Origin: Candidatus Woesearchaeota archaeon
Lineage (GTDB): Archaea > Nanobdellota > Nanobdellia > Pacearchaeales > GW2011-AR1
Reading direction: 5' to 3'
DNA length: 64,000 nucleotides
Assembly (NCBI GenBank): GCA_964482915.1
Contig: CAYZYU010000002.1
Span: 3,339 to 67,338 of the forward strand
In this document: one piece after another, positions 37,773-48,238 of the stretch
Numbering within the stretch: position 1 is the first letter of the stretch
Layout of the letters: every line of letters begins with the position of its first letter
Notes under the pieces: generated by a model
Told to the model about the DNA's origin: nothing
The model's database searches: none
Seen by the model: only the letters and a program-made list of their open reading frames with translations
Position numbers and translations under genes: made by a program

Positions 37773-37834
37773 TGTATATCCTCATATTGTAGACTATAGT
37801 GAAATCAGAAAAAGATGGTTTTTAAGATTTGGGG

Positions 37835-38437
37835 TTAAGCAACATCCCACCATTTTCTCAGAAGAGAACTAAACAACATTGTAAAGACAAAATAAAATAA
37901 GAACCATCCCATAAATCCAAAAAATCTTACAGGAGCTTCTTGAGCAAGAGCTAAAACATTAAAATAATCTTGGAACCATCTAAAAAGTAATATAAATGGA
38001 ATACCTGTATAGACTACGGATCTCATGCTTAGTTTCATCTGTTTTGGGAACATAGCAAATTGCTTTTTTTGTATCTCCATTAATTTTTGTGGATTATTTT
38101 TAGCTTCATTCATCTCTTTCTGCAACTCTTTTTGTTCTTTTCTTATATCTCTTAAAGCTTTCTGATCTGTAGCATATTTTTGAACTAAAGTACTTAGAGC
38201 AGTGAGTATGAAAACTATTATTAGCATTCCTAAAGTTAAGTTCCAATTAAGCAGAGCCCCTGCACTTGGATCAAGAACATAATGTATAGCATTTTTTACT
38301 GCAGGGATTTTATCCCATAAAGCAGCTATTATAGAAGCAAGAATCATAAATACAATCAATAATGTAAAACTTCCCTCTTTTCCAGATTTATTCTCTTTTA
38401 AACTTGTTTCCTCTGTCATCTTTTTTAATTTAAGCAT
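37835..38437 (-). CDS. EMC3/TMCO1 (DUF106) family membrane insertase
   Basis: TM-coiled coil-TM layout; downstream of secY. Confidence 0.85.
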   Translation of the reverse strand: MLKLKKMTEETSLKENKSGKEGSFTLLIVFMILASIIAALWDKIPAVKNAIHYVLDPSAGALLNWNLTLGMLIIVFILTALSTLVQKYATDQKALRDIRKEQKELQKEMNEAKNNPQKLMEIQKKQFAMFPKQMKLSMRSVVYTGIPFILLFRWFQDYFNVLALAQEAPVRFFGFMGWFLFYFVFTMLFSSLLRKWWDVA

Positions 38438-39824
38438 TACCCATAAATTTACGCATAGCAGGATTCATATCAGTCATATGCTGTTCTGCTATCTTCTGGT
38501 AAAATTGATACATAATCATAATTACTAATAATATTGCTGTTCCTGAGGATAGTGCTCCAAGCAAATCAGTTGCAGCAGCGAGTAATCCTATAGCTGCACC
38601 ACCCATTACTGTAAGAGGCATTATGTACCTGTCTAAAACACTCTCTAATACCCTCACATCTTGTCTAAATCCTGAAATTTGTAATCCAGATGCTGAAATT
38701 TTTTGTGCTTGCTCTTTTGCTCCCATTCCAGAAGTCTTTACCCAAAATACAGAGAATAATGTTGCAAGTCCAGCATAAAAGATTATATGAGTTAATCCCT
38801 GTAATAAATATCTTGGTAAGAATCCACCTCTTATTATTAATTCAAGGAGATTAGTATTACCTAACCAGAATGCAAATCCTGAAACAGCTTGTCCATTAGA
38901 GAAATGTCCCAAGAAAGTTGGATGTCCTGCCCAATTTTCGAGTATCCCTCCAAACAATTGTATGTTTGCTATTAATGCGGATGTTAAAATAACCGGGATA
39001 ACTGAAGCATAGAAGAATTGTAATGGCCATTTAATTGCATATCCTCTTATTCTTCCAAAACTTAAAGGTATTTCGACTTTCAAACTTTGTGCCCAAACAA
39101 CTAAAAGGAAAATTAAAATTGTTGCTAAAATCGCTCCCAGAGCTGAAGCAAATTCTACTGGATATTTATTTATTATGGATTGAATCAAGACCAAAACTTT
39201 TCCTGAACAGGCTGTTTGACTGAAATCAAGAAGGCAATTCCTTCCTTGTGCATTTACAAATTGAAATGCTTGTGTGAAAAGATGCCAAGAAGCTCCTGCT
39301 GCTATAAAGATGCTAACTCCAGAACCAAATCCCCATTTTTCGCAGAGTTCATTCATATAATAAATAGCGATTCCACCAAGGATTAATTGTAATATAACTA
39401 TTCCTCCGTATCCGGGTGATGCCTCTAGACCTTTCATAAGAACATAAACACATGCTTCAAAGATTATGAAAAACAAAACAAGAAGTTTTTGAATTCCTTG
39501 GAAGAATTTTTTACCTTCTGTAGTATTTGTATTAATATTTATAATTCCTGCACCAGTTAATAATTGCAATATAATAGAAGCCATAACGATTGGACCAATC
39601 CCCAATGAGATTATAGAACCAAAATCTGTTCCAAGTATTATTGCAAGATATTGAAATCTTTCAAGAGCATTATTAGATAACCCAAATAAAGATATATTTG
39701 CTAAAACAAAGAAAGCAACTAAAACTACCAAAGTCCACTTAAGCTTGGTATTAAAGGCAAGCTTCTTCTCATCTGGCTTTTTTACTTCAGGTATAAATGC
39801 GAATAATTTCGTTAAGTCTGCCAT
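38430..39824 (-). CDS. secY: Protein translocase subunit SecY
   Basis: LGIGPIVMASII, GFGSGVSIFIA, YASVIPVIL. Confidence 0.97.
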   Translation of the reverse strand: MADLTKLFAFIPEVKKPDEKKLAFNTKLKWTLVVLVAFFVLANISLFGLSNNALERFQYLAIILGTDFGSIISLGIGPIVMASIILQLLTGAGIININTNTTEGKKFFQGIQKLLVLFFIIFEACVYVLMKGLEASPGYGGIVILQLILGGIAIYYMNELCEKWGFGSGVSIFIAAGASWHLFTQAFQFVNAQGRNCLLDFSQTACSGKVLVLIQSIINKYPVEFASALGAILATILIFLLVVWAQSLKVEIPLSFGRIRGYAIKWPLQFFYASVIPVILTSALIANIQLFGGILENWAGHPTFLGHFSNGQAVSGFAFWLGNTNLLELIIRGGFLPRYLLQGLTHIIFYAGLATLFSVFWVKTSGMGAKEQAQKISASGLQISGFRQDVRVLESVLDRYIMPLTVMGGAAIGLLAAATDLLGALSSGTAILLVIMIMYQFYQKIAEQHMTDMNPAMRKFMGNA

Positions 39825-39907
39825 CTCATAATCAAATAAAATCAGTTTAAAAAGCTTTTTTAAAAGGTTTTTAGACCAGACGAAGTCAAGTCTTTAAATA
39901 TTAGGTT

Positions 39908-40390
39908 TTACTCTTCTTCCTCGTCTTTTTCACTAGATTTACTTTTTTCAGGAAGTATAATCTGTCCCCCAGCTTTCTGCACTTTTTTTAATGCAGATTT
40001 AGAAGCTTCGAGCGCTGTTATTATTAATTTCTCTTTTACTTCACCATCTCCAAGGATTTTATATTCTGGAAGATTTATCTCCCAACCTTTTGAGGTTTTC
40101 TTTCCATATTTTTCAAGATTTTTTTCAATCTGTTGAAGATTAATTCTTTGTCTTGTATCTCTTTTAGTTTTTCTAGAGGTTATACCTTGTTTACCAAAAT
40201 AATCATGCCCATATAATTTTGTGATAAGTGTTATTTTTGTATCTCCTCTCTTTCCTGTACCTGCCATTCCTGTTCCACCTCTATGTCCTGATTTTTTGTG
40301 CTTTTTTCTTGCTCCCCAGCCATGGCTACCCATTTTTCTTCCATGCATTCTTGAGACTTTTCTTCTTTTATGCGTTTTTTTCATTGCCAT
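39908..40390 (-). CDS. rpl15: 50S ribosomal protein uL15
   Basis: HRGGTGMAG, KILGDG. Confidence 0.95.
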   Translation of the reverse strand: MAMKKTHKRRKVSRMHGRKMGSHGWGARKKHKKSGHRGGTGMAGTGKRGDTKITLITKLYGHDYFGKQGITSRKTKRDTRQRINLQQIEKNLEKYGKKTSKGWEINLPEYKILGDGEVKEKLIITALEASKSALKKVQKAGGQIILPEKSKSSEKDEEEE

Positions 40391-40391
40391 T

Positions 40392-40757
40392 TTATAACAT
40401 CCTTAAGATTAAATCATTTATTTTATCACCATGGTTTCCAAGTACTCCCTTTGCGACACCGAAATGTTTCTTGGAATCAATTCCACCTCTTGGAGGATGC
40501 AATCTGAAAAAAGGTTTTAATTTTCCATCCTTTCCTTTTTTCCCACGTTGTTTAACTAATTCTTTGTAAACATCATCTTTTATTTCACCATAAGCTATGA
40601 AATCTCTTAATTTATCAATCATCCCAAGTTCCTCCTTAGTTCCTTTCAATATTACGCAAGTATATTTTTTTCTTACTCTTAATCTATCTAGAGTTTCATT
40701 AATATCTCTGCTTAATCCAACTCTTCCTTTTATTCTTATTACTGCTATTTGATTCAT
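40392..40757 (-). CDS. rpl30: 50S ribosomal protein uL30
   Basis: FRLHPPRGG. Confidence 0.93.
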   Translation of the reverse strand: MNQIAVIRIKGRVGLSRDINETLDRLRVRKKYTCVILKGTKEELGMIDKLRDFIAYGEIKDDVYKELVKQRGKKGKDGKLKPFFRLHPPRGGIDSKKHFGVAKGVLGNHGDKINDLILRML

Positions 40758-41551
40758 TCTTCCTTAACCTCCTCACTATTTGTTTTTTGTAGAGCATCAA
40801 AACATGCTTTTATTAAATTGAAACTTGTTCTTGCTTTTCCAAAGCTCTTGCTATAAACATCTTTTATTCCCGCTAACTTCAAAACTTTTTTTAATTCATT
40901 TGCAACGACAAGACCTGTTCCTTGTGGAGCAGGTATTAAAGTTATTCTTGAGCTTCCTGCTTTTCCAGTGACCTTAAAGGGAACAGTATGCAACTCAGAA
41001 CAATCACAGTCAAATCCAGAACATCCTCTTGTAACTTTTATTACATTTAATTTTGCTTTTCTCAATGCCTTATCCCTTGCTGGAAGAGTTTCCATTGATT
41101 TTCCATATCCGAATCCAACATGTCCATTTTCATCTCCAACAATTGCCATCGCAGAGAAGGTAGGAACATTTCCTTCTTCAGTTTTTCTTTGGGTTTGTCT
41201 CCAAGCTCTTCTCTTTCCTCCCCCAAATTTACCTTTAGATTGCCCTATTGATATTAAATCAGATTTAAGTGGCAATAGATAGTCCGTTATTTCTGCTTCC
41301 AGTATCTCTCTTTTACTCTTTAGTATATCATCAATATCTTTTATTTTTCCGTTTTTTACTTCTATTCCAAGTTTAGTCTTAGGCTCCCAAGTTTCTGATG
41401 GTCTTGTTTTCTCTTTTTCATTTGTTTTAAACTCTTTTTCATTTTTTATTTCCTGAAGCTCTTTCAAATCTTCTTTGTCCAAAACTTCTTCTGGAACTTC
41501 AGCATATTCATCTCTTGGTTCTTCAGTTTTTTCTGTTTTTTTCTTTGTCAT
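40754..41551 (-). CDS. rps5: 30S ribosomal protein uS5
   Basis: WEPKTKLG, VGDENG, IPAPQGTG. Confidence 0.96.
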   Translation of the reverse strand: MTKKKTEKTEEPRDEYAEVPEEVLDKEDLKELQEIKNEKEFKTNEKEKTRPSETWEPKTKLGIEVKNGKIKDIDDILKSKREILEAEITDYLLPLKSDLISIGQSKGKFGGGKRRAWRQTQRKTEEGNVPTFSAMAIVGDENGHVGFGYGKSMETLPARDKALRKAKLNVIKVTRGCSGFDCDCSELHTVPFKVTGKAGSSRITLIPAPQGTGLVVANELKKVLKLAGIKDVYSKSFGKARTSFNLIKACFDALQKTNSEEVKEE

Positions 41552-41569
41552 ATTAATTCTTTACCTTTT

Positions 41570-42058
41570 TTACAATTTATCTATTTTTGATTTAATTTCA
41601 GTGAAGGGTATTTTATTCTTTAAATGTTCTCCCTTTATTCTTGATTCTTCGGGAAAGAATTCTTTTTTGCATTCTATCTTTATTCCAGAATCTATTAACC
41701 CCTTAAGGAAAGCGTAAATTTTGTTTTTGTGTATTGTACGATTCATTCCTACATCCAATATAGGTGTTTCTAATTTTTGTTTGATTATATTTTTACCTAC
41801 TAAATATCCGCTAAGATAAGCAGCAGTTGTAGACTTTAAACTTCCTTGAGCATTTTTAGGCCAACCATATTCATTTAATTTTCTTGAATCAAATCCAAAA
41901 ACAATACTATCTTGGGCTTCTTTACTTTTGACATATTCACTAATTATGAATTTGTTTGTCTTCCTGAAGACAATTCTAGGTTTTTCTCCTTTCAATAATT
42001 TTAATCTTTTTAGATAATCTGTTCTATTTTCTTTTCTTCTTCTTTTTTGTGTTCTCAT
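41570..42058 (-). CDS. rpl18: 50S ribosomal protein uL18
   Basis: RRKENRTDY..RL, AAYLSG. Confidence 0.93.
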   Translation of the reverse strand: MRTQKRRRKENRTDYLKRLKLLKGEKPRIVFRKTNKFIISEYVKSKEAQDSIVFGFDSRKLNEYGWPKNAQGSLKSTTAAYLSGYLVGKNIIKQKLETPILDVGMNRTIHKNKIYAFLKGLIDSGIKIECKKEFFPEESRIKGEHLKNKIPFTEIKSKIDKL

Positions 42059-42461
42059 TTTCTGAACCTCCTATGTATTCTTTTAAATGTGCTTTGCTTT
42101 TGAACATCTTATTTCTTATTTTTTGTCTTAATTTTTTTATTTCTACCATATTTAATTCTCCTTTTTGTTTTTTGTCTGCAATGACTTTTCTTAATTTTCT
42201 TGTTAATATTACATAATCTCTTTTCCTAGTGTTTACTTTTTTCCTTACATTACCCATTCCTTTTTTCCCCGTCTTTTTAGCATTTTTGCTTCTTCCTTTA
42301 ATCTCTTTTATGATTATTGCCCCATCTTTCTGGAGATTTCTCATGTCCTGCTTTGTTATTGCTTCTTTAATCTCTTCTATTCTCTCATTAACAAATACAA
42401 TCCTTGCCTTTCCAACCCCAAAAGTTTTAGCAGCTAATTGTTTTTTTGATCTTAGATTCAT
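42024..42461 (-). CDS. rpl19e: 50S ribosomal protein eL19
   Basis: LAAKTFGVGKARI, AITKQD; synteny. Confidence 0.9.
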   Translation of the reverse strand: MNLRSKKQLAAKTFGVGKARIVFVNERIEEIKEAITKQDMRNLQKDGAIIIKEIKGRSKNAKKTGKKGMGNVRKKVNTRKRDYVILTRKLRKVIADKKQKGELNMVEIKKLRQKIRNKMFKSKAHLKEYIGGSENENTKKKKKRK

Positions 42462-42880
42462 TTCTTTTCCTCCTTGGTTTTATTTTCTTTTGACTCTGAT
42501 TTTTTTGGTTCAACTTTTTTCTCATTCATCTTTAAAAACTTATCAATATTAAATTTGTATATTTCTAATTTCATTTCTTTGGCTTTTTTTGCAACTTCTA
42601 ATTTATTCTTTTTTCCTATATTTCCAAGCATTGCAATATTCTCTTTCTGGACTTTTTTTAAGTCATTAATATTTCTGATAATAATAGGGGCTTTTCCATC
42701 TATCTTTCCTCTTACTTTCTTGTCTGTTGAATATCCTATTGCAACTATTGCTGGATGACCTCTTCTTTGCTCCCTCATCTTATTATCTCTTCCAGTAGGC
42801 CTTCTCCAAATCTGTTTTTTCTTTCTTCTTAATCCAAGTTTAGAATATTTATGTGAGGTATGTCTCAAAAATTTTGGCAT
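42458..42880 (-). CDS. rpl32e: 50S ribosomal protein eL32
   Basis: WRRPTGRDNKMR. Confidence 0.9.
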   Translation of the reverse strand: MPKFLRHTSHKYSKLGLRRKKKQIWRRPTGRDNKMREQRRGHPAIVAIGYSTDKKVRGKIDGKAPIIIRNINDLKKVQKENIAMLGNIGKKNKLEVAKKAKEMKLEIYKFNIDKFLKMNEKKVEPKKSESKENKTKEEKK

Positions 42881-42881
42881 T

Positions 42882-43424
42882 TTATATCTCCTTTCCATCT
42901 TTATTTATTATGTAAATTCCATCTTGAAAAACTCTTCTGTCTCTGTTCATTACCCTTGTTGTAATCTCAAAATTTGCAGCAGCTTGTCCACCAAGTTCTT
43001 TATTAGGAGATTTTATAGTTATAATCTCTTTATTAACTTGAACTTCAACGCCTTCGGGAACATAACACTTTCGCGGGGTTTTCTCTCCAAGGAAATTTTT
43101 TATTAATACTTCTCTTCCTTTTATTTCAACATTTATAGGAAAGTGGCTTGCACATATCTTTAACTTGTACTCGTATTTCTTCTTTACACCTCTAATCATA
43201 TTTTTAATATGAGAATAGATTGTATTAATCATCCTTTTATTGTTTCTTGTAGAAGATGGATGACTAATTGATATTTTTCCGTCTTTATTTTCATACTTTA
43301 TTTTTCCAAAATTAAATTCTTTTGAAACTTCTCCCTCTGGTCCTTTTACAATTAATTTTTTTCCTTCCTTTTTTATTTCAACTCCTTCAGGAATTTCAAT
43401 TTCTTGTTCAAATAATTTTTTCAT
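42882..43424 (-). CDS. rpl6: 50S ribosomal protein uL6
   Basis: NFLGEK, DRRVFQDGIY. Confidence 0.96.
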   Translation of the reverse strand: MKKLFEQEIEIPEGVEIKKEGKKLIVKGPEGEVSKEFNFGKIKYENKDGKISISHPSSTRNNKRMINTIYSHIKNMIRGVKKKYEYKLKICASHFPINVEIKGREVLIKNFLGEKTPRKCYVPEGVEVQVNKEIITIKSPNKELGGQAAANFEITTRVMNRDRRVFQDGIYIINKDGKEI

Positions 43425-43425
43425 T

Positions 43426-43806
43426 TTAGTAAAAATATGCTATTACACATCCCCCTATTCCTTCTTCTTGAGCTTCTTTATGTGTCATCAACCCCTTATT
43501 TGTTGAAATTATAAGTGTACCAAGGTTTCTAGAGGGAAGATACCTTCTTCTGTACTTTTCTATTTGTGCTTTATAGCAACTGAATCTTGGTTTTATTGCT
43601 TTACATTCAGAAAGATCCCCTATAGTAAGTGTGATTGATTTTTCCTTTGCATCTATCTTATATTTTTTAATTGCCTTTTCTTGCTTCATTATTTTTAGTA
43701 TTTCTATAAGTAGATTTGAGATTAGTTTTATTTCGACATTCTCCTTTCCTGCCTTCTTGGCATTCCTTATCATATTTAGTGCATCAGCAACTACATCGTG
43801 TGACAT
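43426..43806 (-). CDS. rps8: 30S ribosomal protein uS8
   Basis: IKPRF, STNKGLMTH..GIGG. Confidence 0.95.
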   Translation of the reverse strand: MSHDVVADALNMIRNAKKAGKENVEIKLISNLLIEILKIMKQEKAIKKYKIDAKEKSITLTIGDLSECKAIKPRFSCYKAQIEKYRRRYLPSRNLGTLIISTNKGLMTHKEAQEEGIGGCVIAYFY

Positions 43807-43807
43807 T

Positions 43808-44038
43808 TTAACTGTATTTTTTAAAGCCGATTTCAACTGCTATATCTCTAAAGCAGTGTCGACATAAATTTAATCCGTATGATTTTATATGTGCCCCAAA
43901 TCTTCCACATCTTTCGCATTTTTTTGAAGCAATTCCTGTCTTTCTCTTCTTCGGTTCATTATGTTTTATATATTTCTCTTTTATTACGGGTTTTGCATTA
44001 AGTTGCTTCAGTATTTTTTTCCAATCGCTTGCAGTCAT
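43808..44038 (-). CDS. rps14: 30S ribosomal protein uS14
   Basis: CERCG..LCRHCFR..GFKKY. Confidence 0.95.
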   Translation of the reverse strand: MTASDWKKILKQLNAKPVIKEKYIKHNEPKKRKTGIASKKCERCGRFGAHIKSYGLNLCRHCFRDIAVEIGFKKYS

Positions 44039-44050
44039 TTTTATTTCTCC

Positions 44051-44560
44051 TTATATGAATTTTGTCTGGAAATTTTCTTCCATGAATTTAATTATTTCTT
44101 CTTTTGTTATTATTTGTTTTTTTGATACCTTTCCTCTTTTCATCTTTCTTAACCCAACTCTTCTTCCGCTTCTTTTGAAGACTATTGTAACATCAAATCC
44201 AATTATACCTATATCTCTTTGATATTCTACTCCAGGGATTTCTATATATTCTTTTATACCAAATGAAAAGTTATTTTCACTAATTTGCTTCTTTCTTAAG
44301 GTATTATCAATACTTATTAATAGTTTTTTCAAAAAGTCTTTGAAATCTTTTCTTAAGGTTATTACTGCTCCTACTTCTAATCCGGGTCTAACCCCCCAGG
44401 TAGGTATTCTCTTCTTAGATTTTATCTTAGCAGGTTTTTTTCCAGTAAGAAATTTCAAGAGTCTGAATCCCTTATCTAATCCATCTGCAGTTCCACCTAC
44501 ACCTAAAACTATCTTTTCTATTCTTACATTTCTCATGATATTTTCTGTTTTATTTTTCAT
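44051..44560 (-). CDS. rpl5: 50S ribosomal protein uL5
   Basis: NFSFGIKEYIEIPG..IGIIG. Confidence 0.96.
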   Translation of the reverse strand: MKNKTENIMRNVRIEKIVLGVGGTADGLDKGFRLLKFLTGKKPAKIKSKKRIPTWGVRPGLEVGAVITLRKDFKDFLKKLLISIDNTLRKKQISENNFSFGIKEYIEIPGVEYQRDIGIIGFDVTIVFKRSGRRVGLRKMKRGKVSKKQIITKEEIIKFMEENFQTKFI

Positions 44561-44561
44561 T

Positions 44562-45212
44562 TTAATTTATTACCATAAATTGTTTAATTAAAACATTTAT
44601 TTTATCTTTTCCAGTGTCTATTTCTGCTATCTTTCTTTCCTTATTTATTTTTTCAATCTTTCCTTTTTCCCCCGAGTGTTTTCCAGCGAACACAATCACT
44701 TCAGATTTCTCTTCTAAAGGTAGACATTTTTCTATCTTTTTACCTTTTAAGTTTATTATTACAGAATCATTCACTTTACATTTTATATTTGATATAAAAT
44801 TCCTTCCATCACTTAAATTTAATTGTGTCTTCTTTCCTTTCAAAGTTTTTTTATTGATTATCTTTGCAATCTTAACATCCGCTTCATTTTCTTTTACCTC
44901 TTCAACATTTAGCTTTTCATTCTTTAATACAACAAGTCTATAATTCTTTTTTGAAGGTACAAGTGTGATTACATCAAACAGCACTATTCCTTCTTTTTCA
45001 TCTCTAACTTCTCTGCCATTAAGAAGGACATTTTTCATATGAATAATCTTCTTCACTTCTTTTCTGTTTTGTGCAACTTTAAGTAAATCTCTTAGGATTA
45101 TTAATACAGGAAGTGATTCAGATAAACCAGAATTAGGTTTCACTACAAAAGCTGTTCCTTTTCTCTGCATTGGCCAACTTTTAGGGATTGCATGTCTTTT
45201 TAGGTGACTCAT
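44562..45212 (-). CDS. rps4e: 30S ribosomal protein eS4
   Basis: HLKR..PKSW, LPVLIILRD, QLNLSDGRN. Confidence 0.95.
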   Translation of the reverse strand: MSHLKRHAIPKSWPMQRKGTAFVVKPNSGLSESLPVLIILRDLLKVAQNRKEVKKIIHMKNVLLNGREVRDEKEGIVLFDVITLVPSKKNYRLVVLKNEKLNVEEVKENEADVKIAKIINKKTLKGKKTQLNLSDGRNFISNIKCKVNDSVIINLKGKKIEKCLPLEEKSEVIVFAGKHSGEKGKIEKINKERKIAEIDTGKDKINVLIKQFMVIN

Positions 45213-45625
45213 TTTTTGTTCTCCTTATTTTTATTCTTTGGATTTTCCTTTTTAGCTGTTTCTTTCTTTACACTTAATTTTCTATCTGCTAAGTCAATAA
45301 TTTGAAGATTAGAGGGTTGTAATTTAAAGTTTGCCTTAGATCCATCTTGTTTCTTAACTTGAACATCTTCTACTATAATTTTTGATTTTTTGAGGTTTAC
45401 CTCAAGTATCTTTCCTGTCTTGCCCTTAAATTTGCCTACACATATTTTTACTTTGTCTCCCTTTTTAGCAGGAAGATTTCTCTTTCCAATTTTTTTTCTT
45501 AATTCCTTTGAAAGATTTATGCTTACAAATTCTTTCCTTAGATGCAACGGAGCATTAGCTCTATACTTTCTCTGTTTCCTAGGTTGAGAACTTGCTTTCC
45601 AATGTGTTGAAAATTTTTTTTCCAT
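45209..45625 (-). CDS. rpl24: 50S ribosomal protein uL24
   Basis: QPRKQRKY..APLH, KGDKVK. Confidence 0.96.
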   Translation of the reverse strand: MEKKFSTHWKASSQPRKQRKYRANAPLHLRKEFVSINLSKELRKKIGKRNLPAKKGDKVKICVGKFKGKTGKILEVNLKKSKIIVEDVQVKKQDGSKANFKLQPSNLQIIDLADRKLSVKKETAKKENPKNKNKENKK

Positions 45626-45630
45626 TTTAA

Positions 45631-46028
<398 letters not shown>

Positions 46029-46032
<4 letters not shown>

Positions 46033-46379
46033 TTTTTTACCTCCACAGCATCTTTTATTTTTTGAACTACCACAAAATGAATTATCTTACTAAGAGGCCT
46101 ACATTCATGTACTCTCACTAAATCTCCAACGTTAATTGCCTTTTCCATTGCATCAGGAAGTCTTGCGTGTATTTTTGTCTTTAGTTTTGCATATCTTTCA
46201 TATTTCCTTACATAAATCATTCTTTCGAATTCTAATACTATTCTCTTAGGGAATTTTTTAGTAACAATACCTTCAAAGATTCTCCCTCTTGTACCAACAA
46301 TCTTCCCTTCTTTAGCACTAGCTATTGTTTGGGTTTCATTCTTGCCAGTTTCTACTTTTGTTTTTGGTTTTCTTTCCAT
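46029..46379 (-). CDS. rps17: 30S ribosomal protein uS17
   Basis: KYERY, ECRPLSK. Confidence 0.95.
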
Positions 46380-46395
46380 TTTGTTTTTGATTGGT

Positions 46396-46695
46396 CTAGT
46401 CCTCTATTGAGTTGTTCTCGAATCCCATCTTGATAAGAAGAGGTTTTATCTTCTTCATGTGGTCTCCTTGAAGCTCTATGGCGTTATTCTTGAAGGTTCC
46501 GCCACAAGCTAGCTCATTTTTTAGAGCCTTTGTGACCTTCTTCACATCGACGCCTTTATCGAATCCGCTGACAACTGTAACAATTTTTCCGTATCTTTTC
46601 TTGTCTGTTGTTACACTTATTCTCTGCGAACCCCGTGTGAGGTTTTCCCATTCTATTGCCTGTAACGGCAATCCTGTTTTCGGGTCTATTTCCAT
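46396..46695 (-). CDS. sui1: Translation initiation factor SUI1 (aIF-1)
   Basis: RYGKIVT, LACGGT, IELQGDH. Confidence 0.95.
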   Translation of the reverse strand: MEIDPKTGLPLQAIEWENLTRGSQRISVTTDKKRYGKIVTVVSGFDKGVDVKKVTKALKNELACGGTFKNNAIELQGDHMKKIKPLLIKMGFENNSIED

Positions 46696-46698
46696 AGT

Positions 46699-46890
46699 TT
46701 ATTTTTTTTCAATACCTCCCTTAGAGGCATTGATTGTTAATATTTTTGCTATTGTTTTTTTAATTTCTCTTGCGTTTGAACCGCTTGTATTTGTTGACTT
46801 TGTTTTTGATTTTATAAGTTCTAATTTTAAATCTTTAAGTTTTCTCTCTCTTTCTTCTCTGCTCATTTTAGTTATTTCTTTGTATTTCAT
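46699..46890 (-). CDS. rpl29: 50S ribosomal protein uL29
   Basis: IKKTIAKILT; position after S3. Confidence 0.88.
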   Translation of the reverse strand: MKYKEITKMSREERERKLKDLKLELIKSKTKSTNTSGSNAREIKKTIAKILTINASKGGIEKK

Positions 46891-46892
46891 TT

Positions 46893-47567
46893 TCAGGCTT
46901 TTTTACTCCTTTTTGTTTTTTTAACTGGTTTGCTTTCAAATCCTTGTTCATTAATTTTTAGTTTGGTCCTTAATTCATCGTTTATAAATATCTTATCTTT
47001 TAAGATTGCATGTGGAGAGAGGATACTTACTTTTATTCCTACTGTTCCTGGTTTTGTTTCTGCTCTAGATTGTGCTCTATCTACAACCTTTGCACTATCT
47101 CCTGTTTTCTTAAGATATCCTTGAGCAAATCTCCAAGTCTTAGCTCTTGAACTAGGTAACTTTCCGCTTAATCTTATCTCACATCCAAGTGCTCCTGCCT
47201 TCATTACTCTGTCTAGGCTCTTGTAAGCTAATATCTTGAATTTTAATGGGCCGAATCTTTCCAATCCTAATGCTATTTCATCTGCAACAACTTGAGCATC
47301 AAATTCTGGTTCAGTTATCTCTTCTACATCAAGATGAAGATTCTCAAACTTAAAATTTTTTCTTAAATGGTCTGTTATTTCATTCAATTTTTCTCCACCC
47401 TTACCAATAATTAATCCAGGTTTACTTGTTGAAATGATTATTTTCTCTCCAACAGGAGTATATTCTATTCTTACTTTGCTAACTTTTCCCTTTCCAAGCA
47501 TCTTTTTTACAGATTCTTTAATAGCAAATTCTTCCTTCTTGAATTTTACAGTCTGTTTTTCTTCCAT
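46893..47567 (-). CDS. rps3: 30S ribosomal protein uS3
   Basis: KPGLIIGKGG, GCEIRLSGK. Confidence 0.96.
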   Translation of the reverse strand: MEEKQTVKFKKEEFAIKESVKKMLGKGKVSKVRIEYTPVGEKIIISTSKPGLIIGKGGEKLNEITDHLRKNFKFENLHLDVEEITEPEFDAQVVADEIALGLERFGPLKFKILAYKSLDRVMKAGALGCEIRLSGKLPSSRAKTWRFAQGYLKKTGDSAKVVDRAQSRAETKPGTVGIKVSILSPHAILKDKIFINDELRTKLKINEQGFESKPVKKTKRSKKA

Positions 47568-47573
47568 ATTAAT

Positions 47574-48236
47574 TTATTTTTTCTTCTCCTTGTTTTTATT
47601 TTCTTTAATCTTCATTTCAACTGCTCTTAAAGTTATATGCGTTCTTTTTCTTCTTACTCTTCCGAATCTTCCTCTTGGAGCAGGAGCCCAATTTGCTCTA
47701 GCTTCTACAATTATTGGTTCAAGTATCTCATGATTATTTGCATTTCCTGCAAGACTCTTTAGTAAGACTATAAAATGTTTTGCTGCTCTTTGTGGATATC
47801 TTCCTGAACTCATTCCTTTTCCTTTTTTATGAGCATATTCTCCTTTCATAGGAATAGCTTTTTTTAACATTGTAACTTGTTCCAAATCTCTTATTGCATC
47901 TCCTATTCTTTTTCCCTTTACAAATTTACAGATATTCATTGCATATTTTGTTGAAACCGGAACACTTGTTGCATTAACATAAACTTCTTCTTTCTTTATT
48001 TTTTTAACAGTTTTTTTTATTTCTCCTTTTTCATGTTTTTCTTTTTTATCTTCAGTTTTTTGTACTTCTTCTTTTGTTATTTCTTCAGATTCTTTTTCTC
48101 CTTCTATCTTTTCTTCAATTTTATCTTCTTGTTTTGGAGTCTTTTCTTTAGGAGTATTATCTGCTAATTTTGTCTTCGACTGTTTACTCATTGCATTTCT
48201 TTCTTTTTGGTTTGGATTATAGTTTTTTTCTGTCAT
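47574..48236 (-). CDS. rpl22: 50S ribosomal protein uL22 with long charged N-terminal extension
   Basis: SGRYPQRAA, RTHI. Confidence 0.92.
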   Translation of the reverse strand: MTEKNYNPNQKERNAMSKQSKTKLADNTPKEKTPKQEDKIEEKIEGEKESEEITKEEVQKTEDKKEKHEKGEIKKTVKKIKKEEVYVNATSVPVSTKYAMNICKFVKGKRIGDAIRDLEQVTMLKKAIPMKGEYAHKKGKGMSSGRYPQRAAKHFIVLLKSLAGNANNHEILEPIIVEARANWAPAPRGRFGRVRRKRTHITLRAVEMKIKENKNKEKKK

Positions 48237-48238
48237 TT

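Noticed and set aside
42024..42058. 35-nt overlap of eL19 and uL18 as a recoding signal
   Set aside because: Short overlaps are common in this compact operon and both ORFs are complete.
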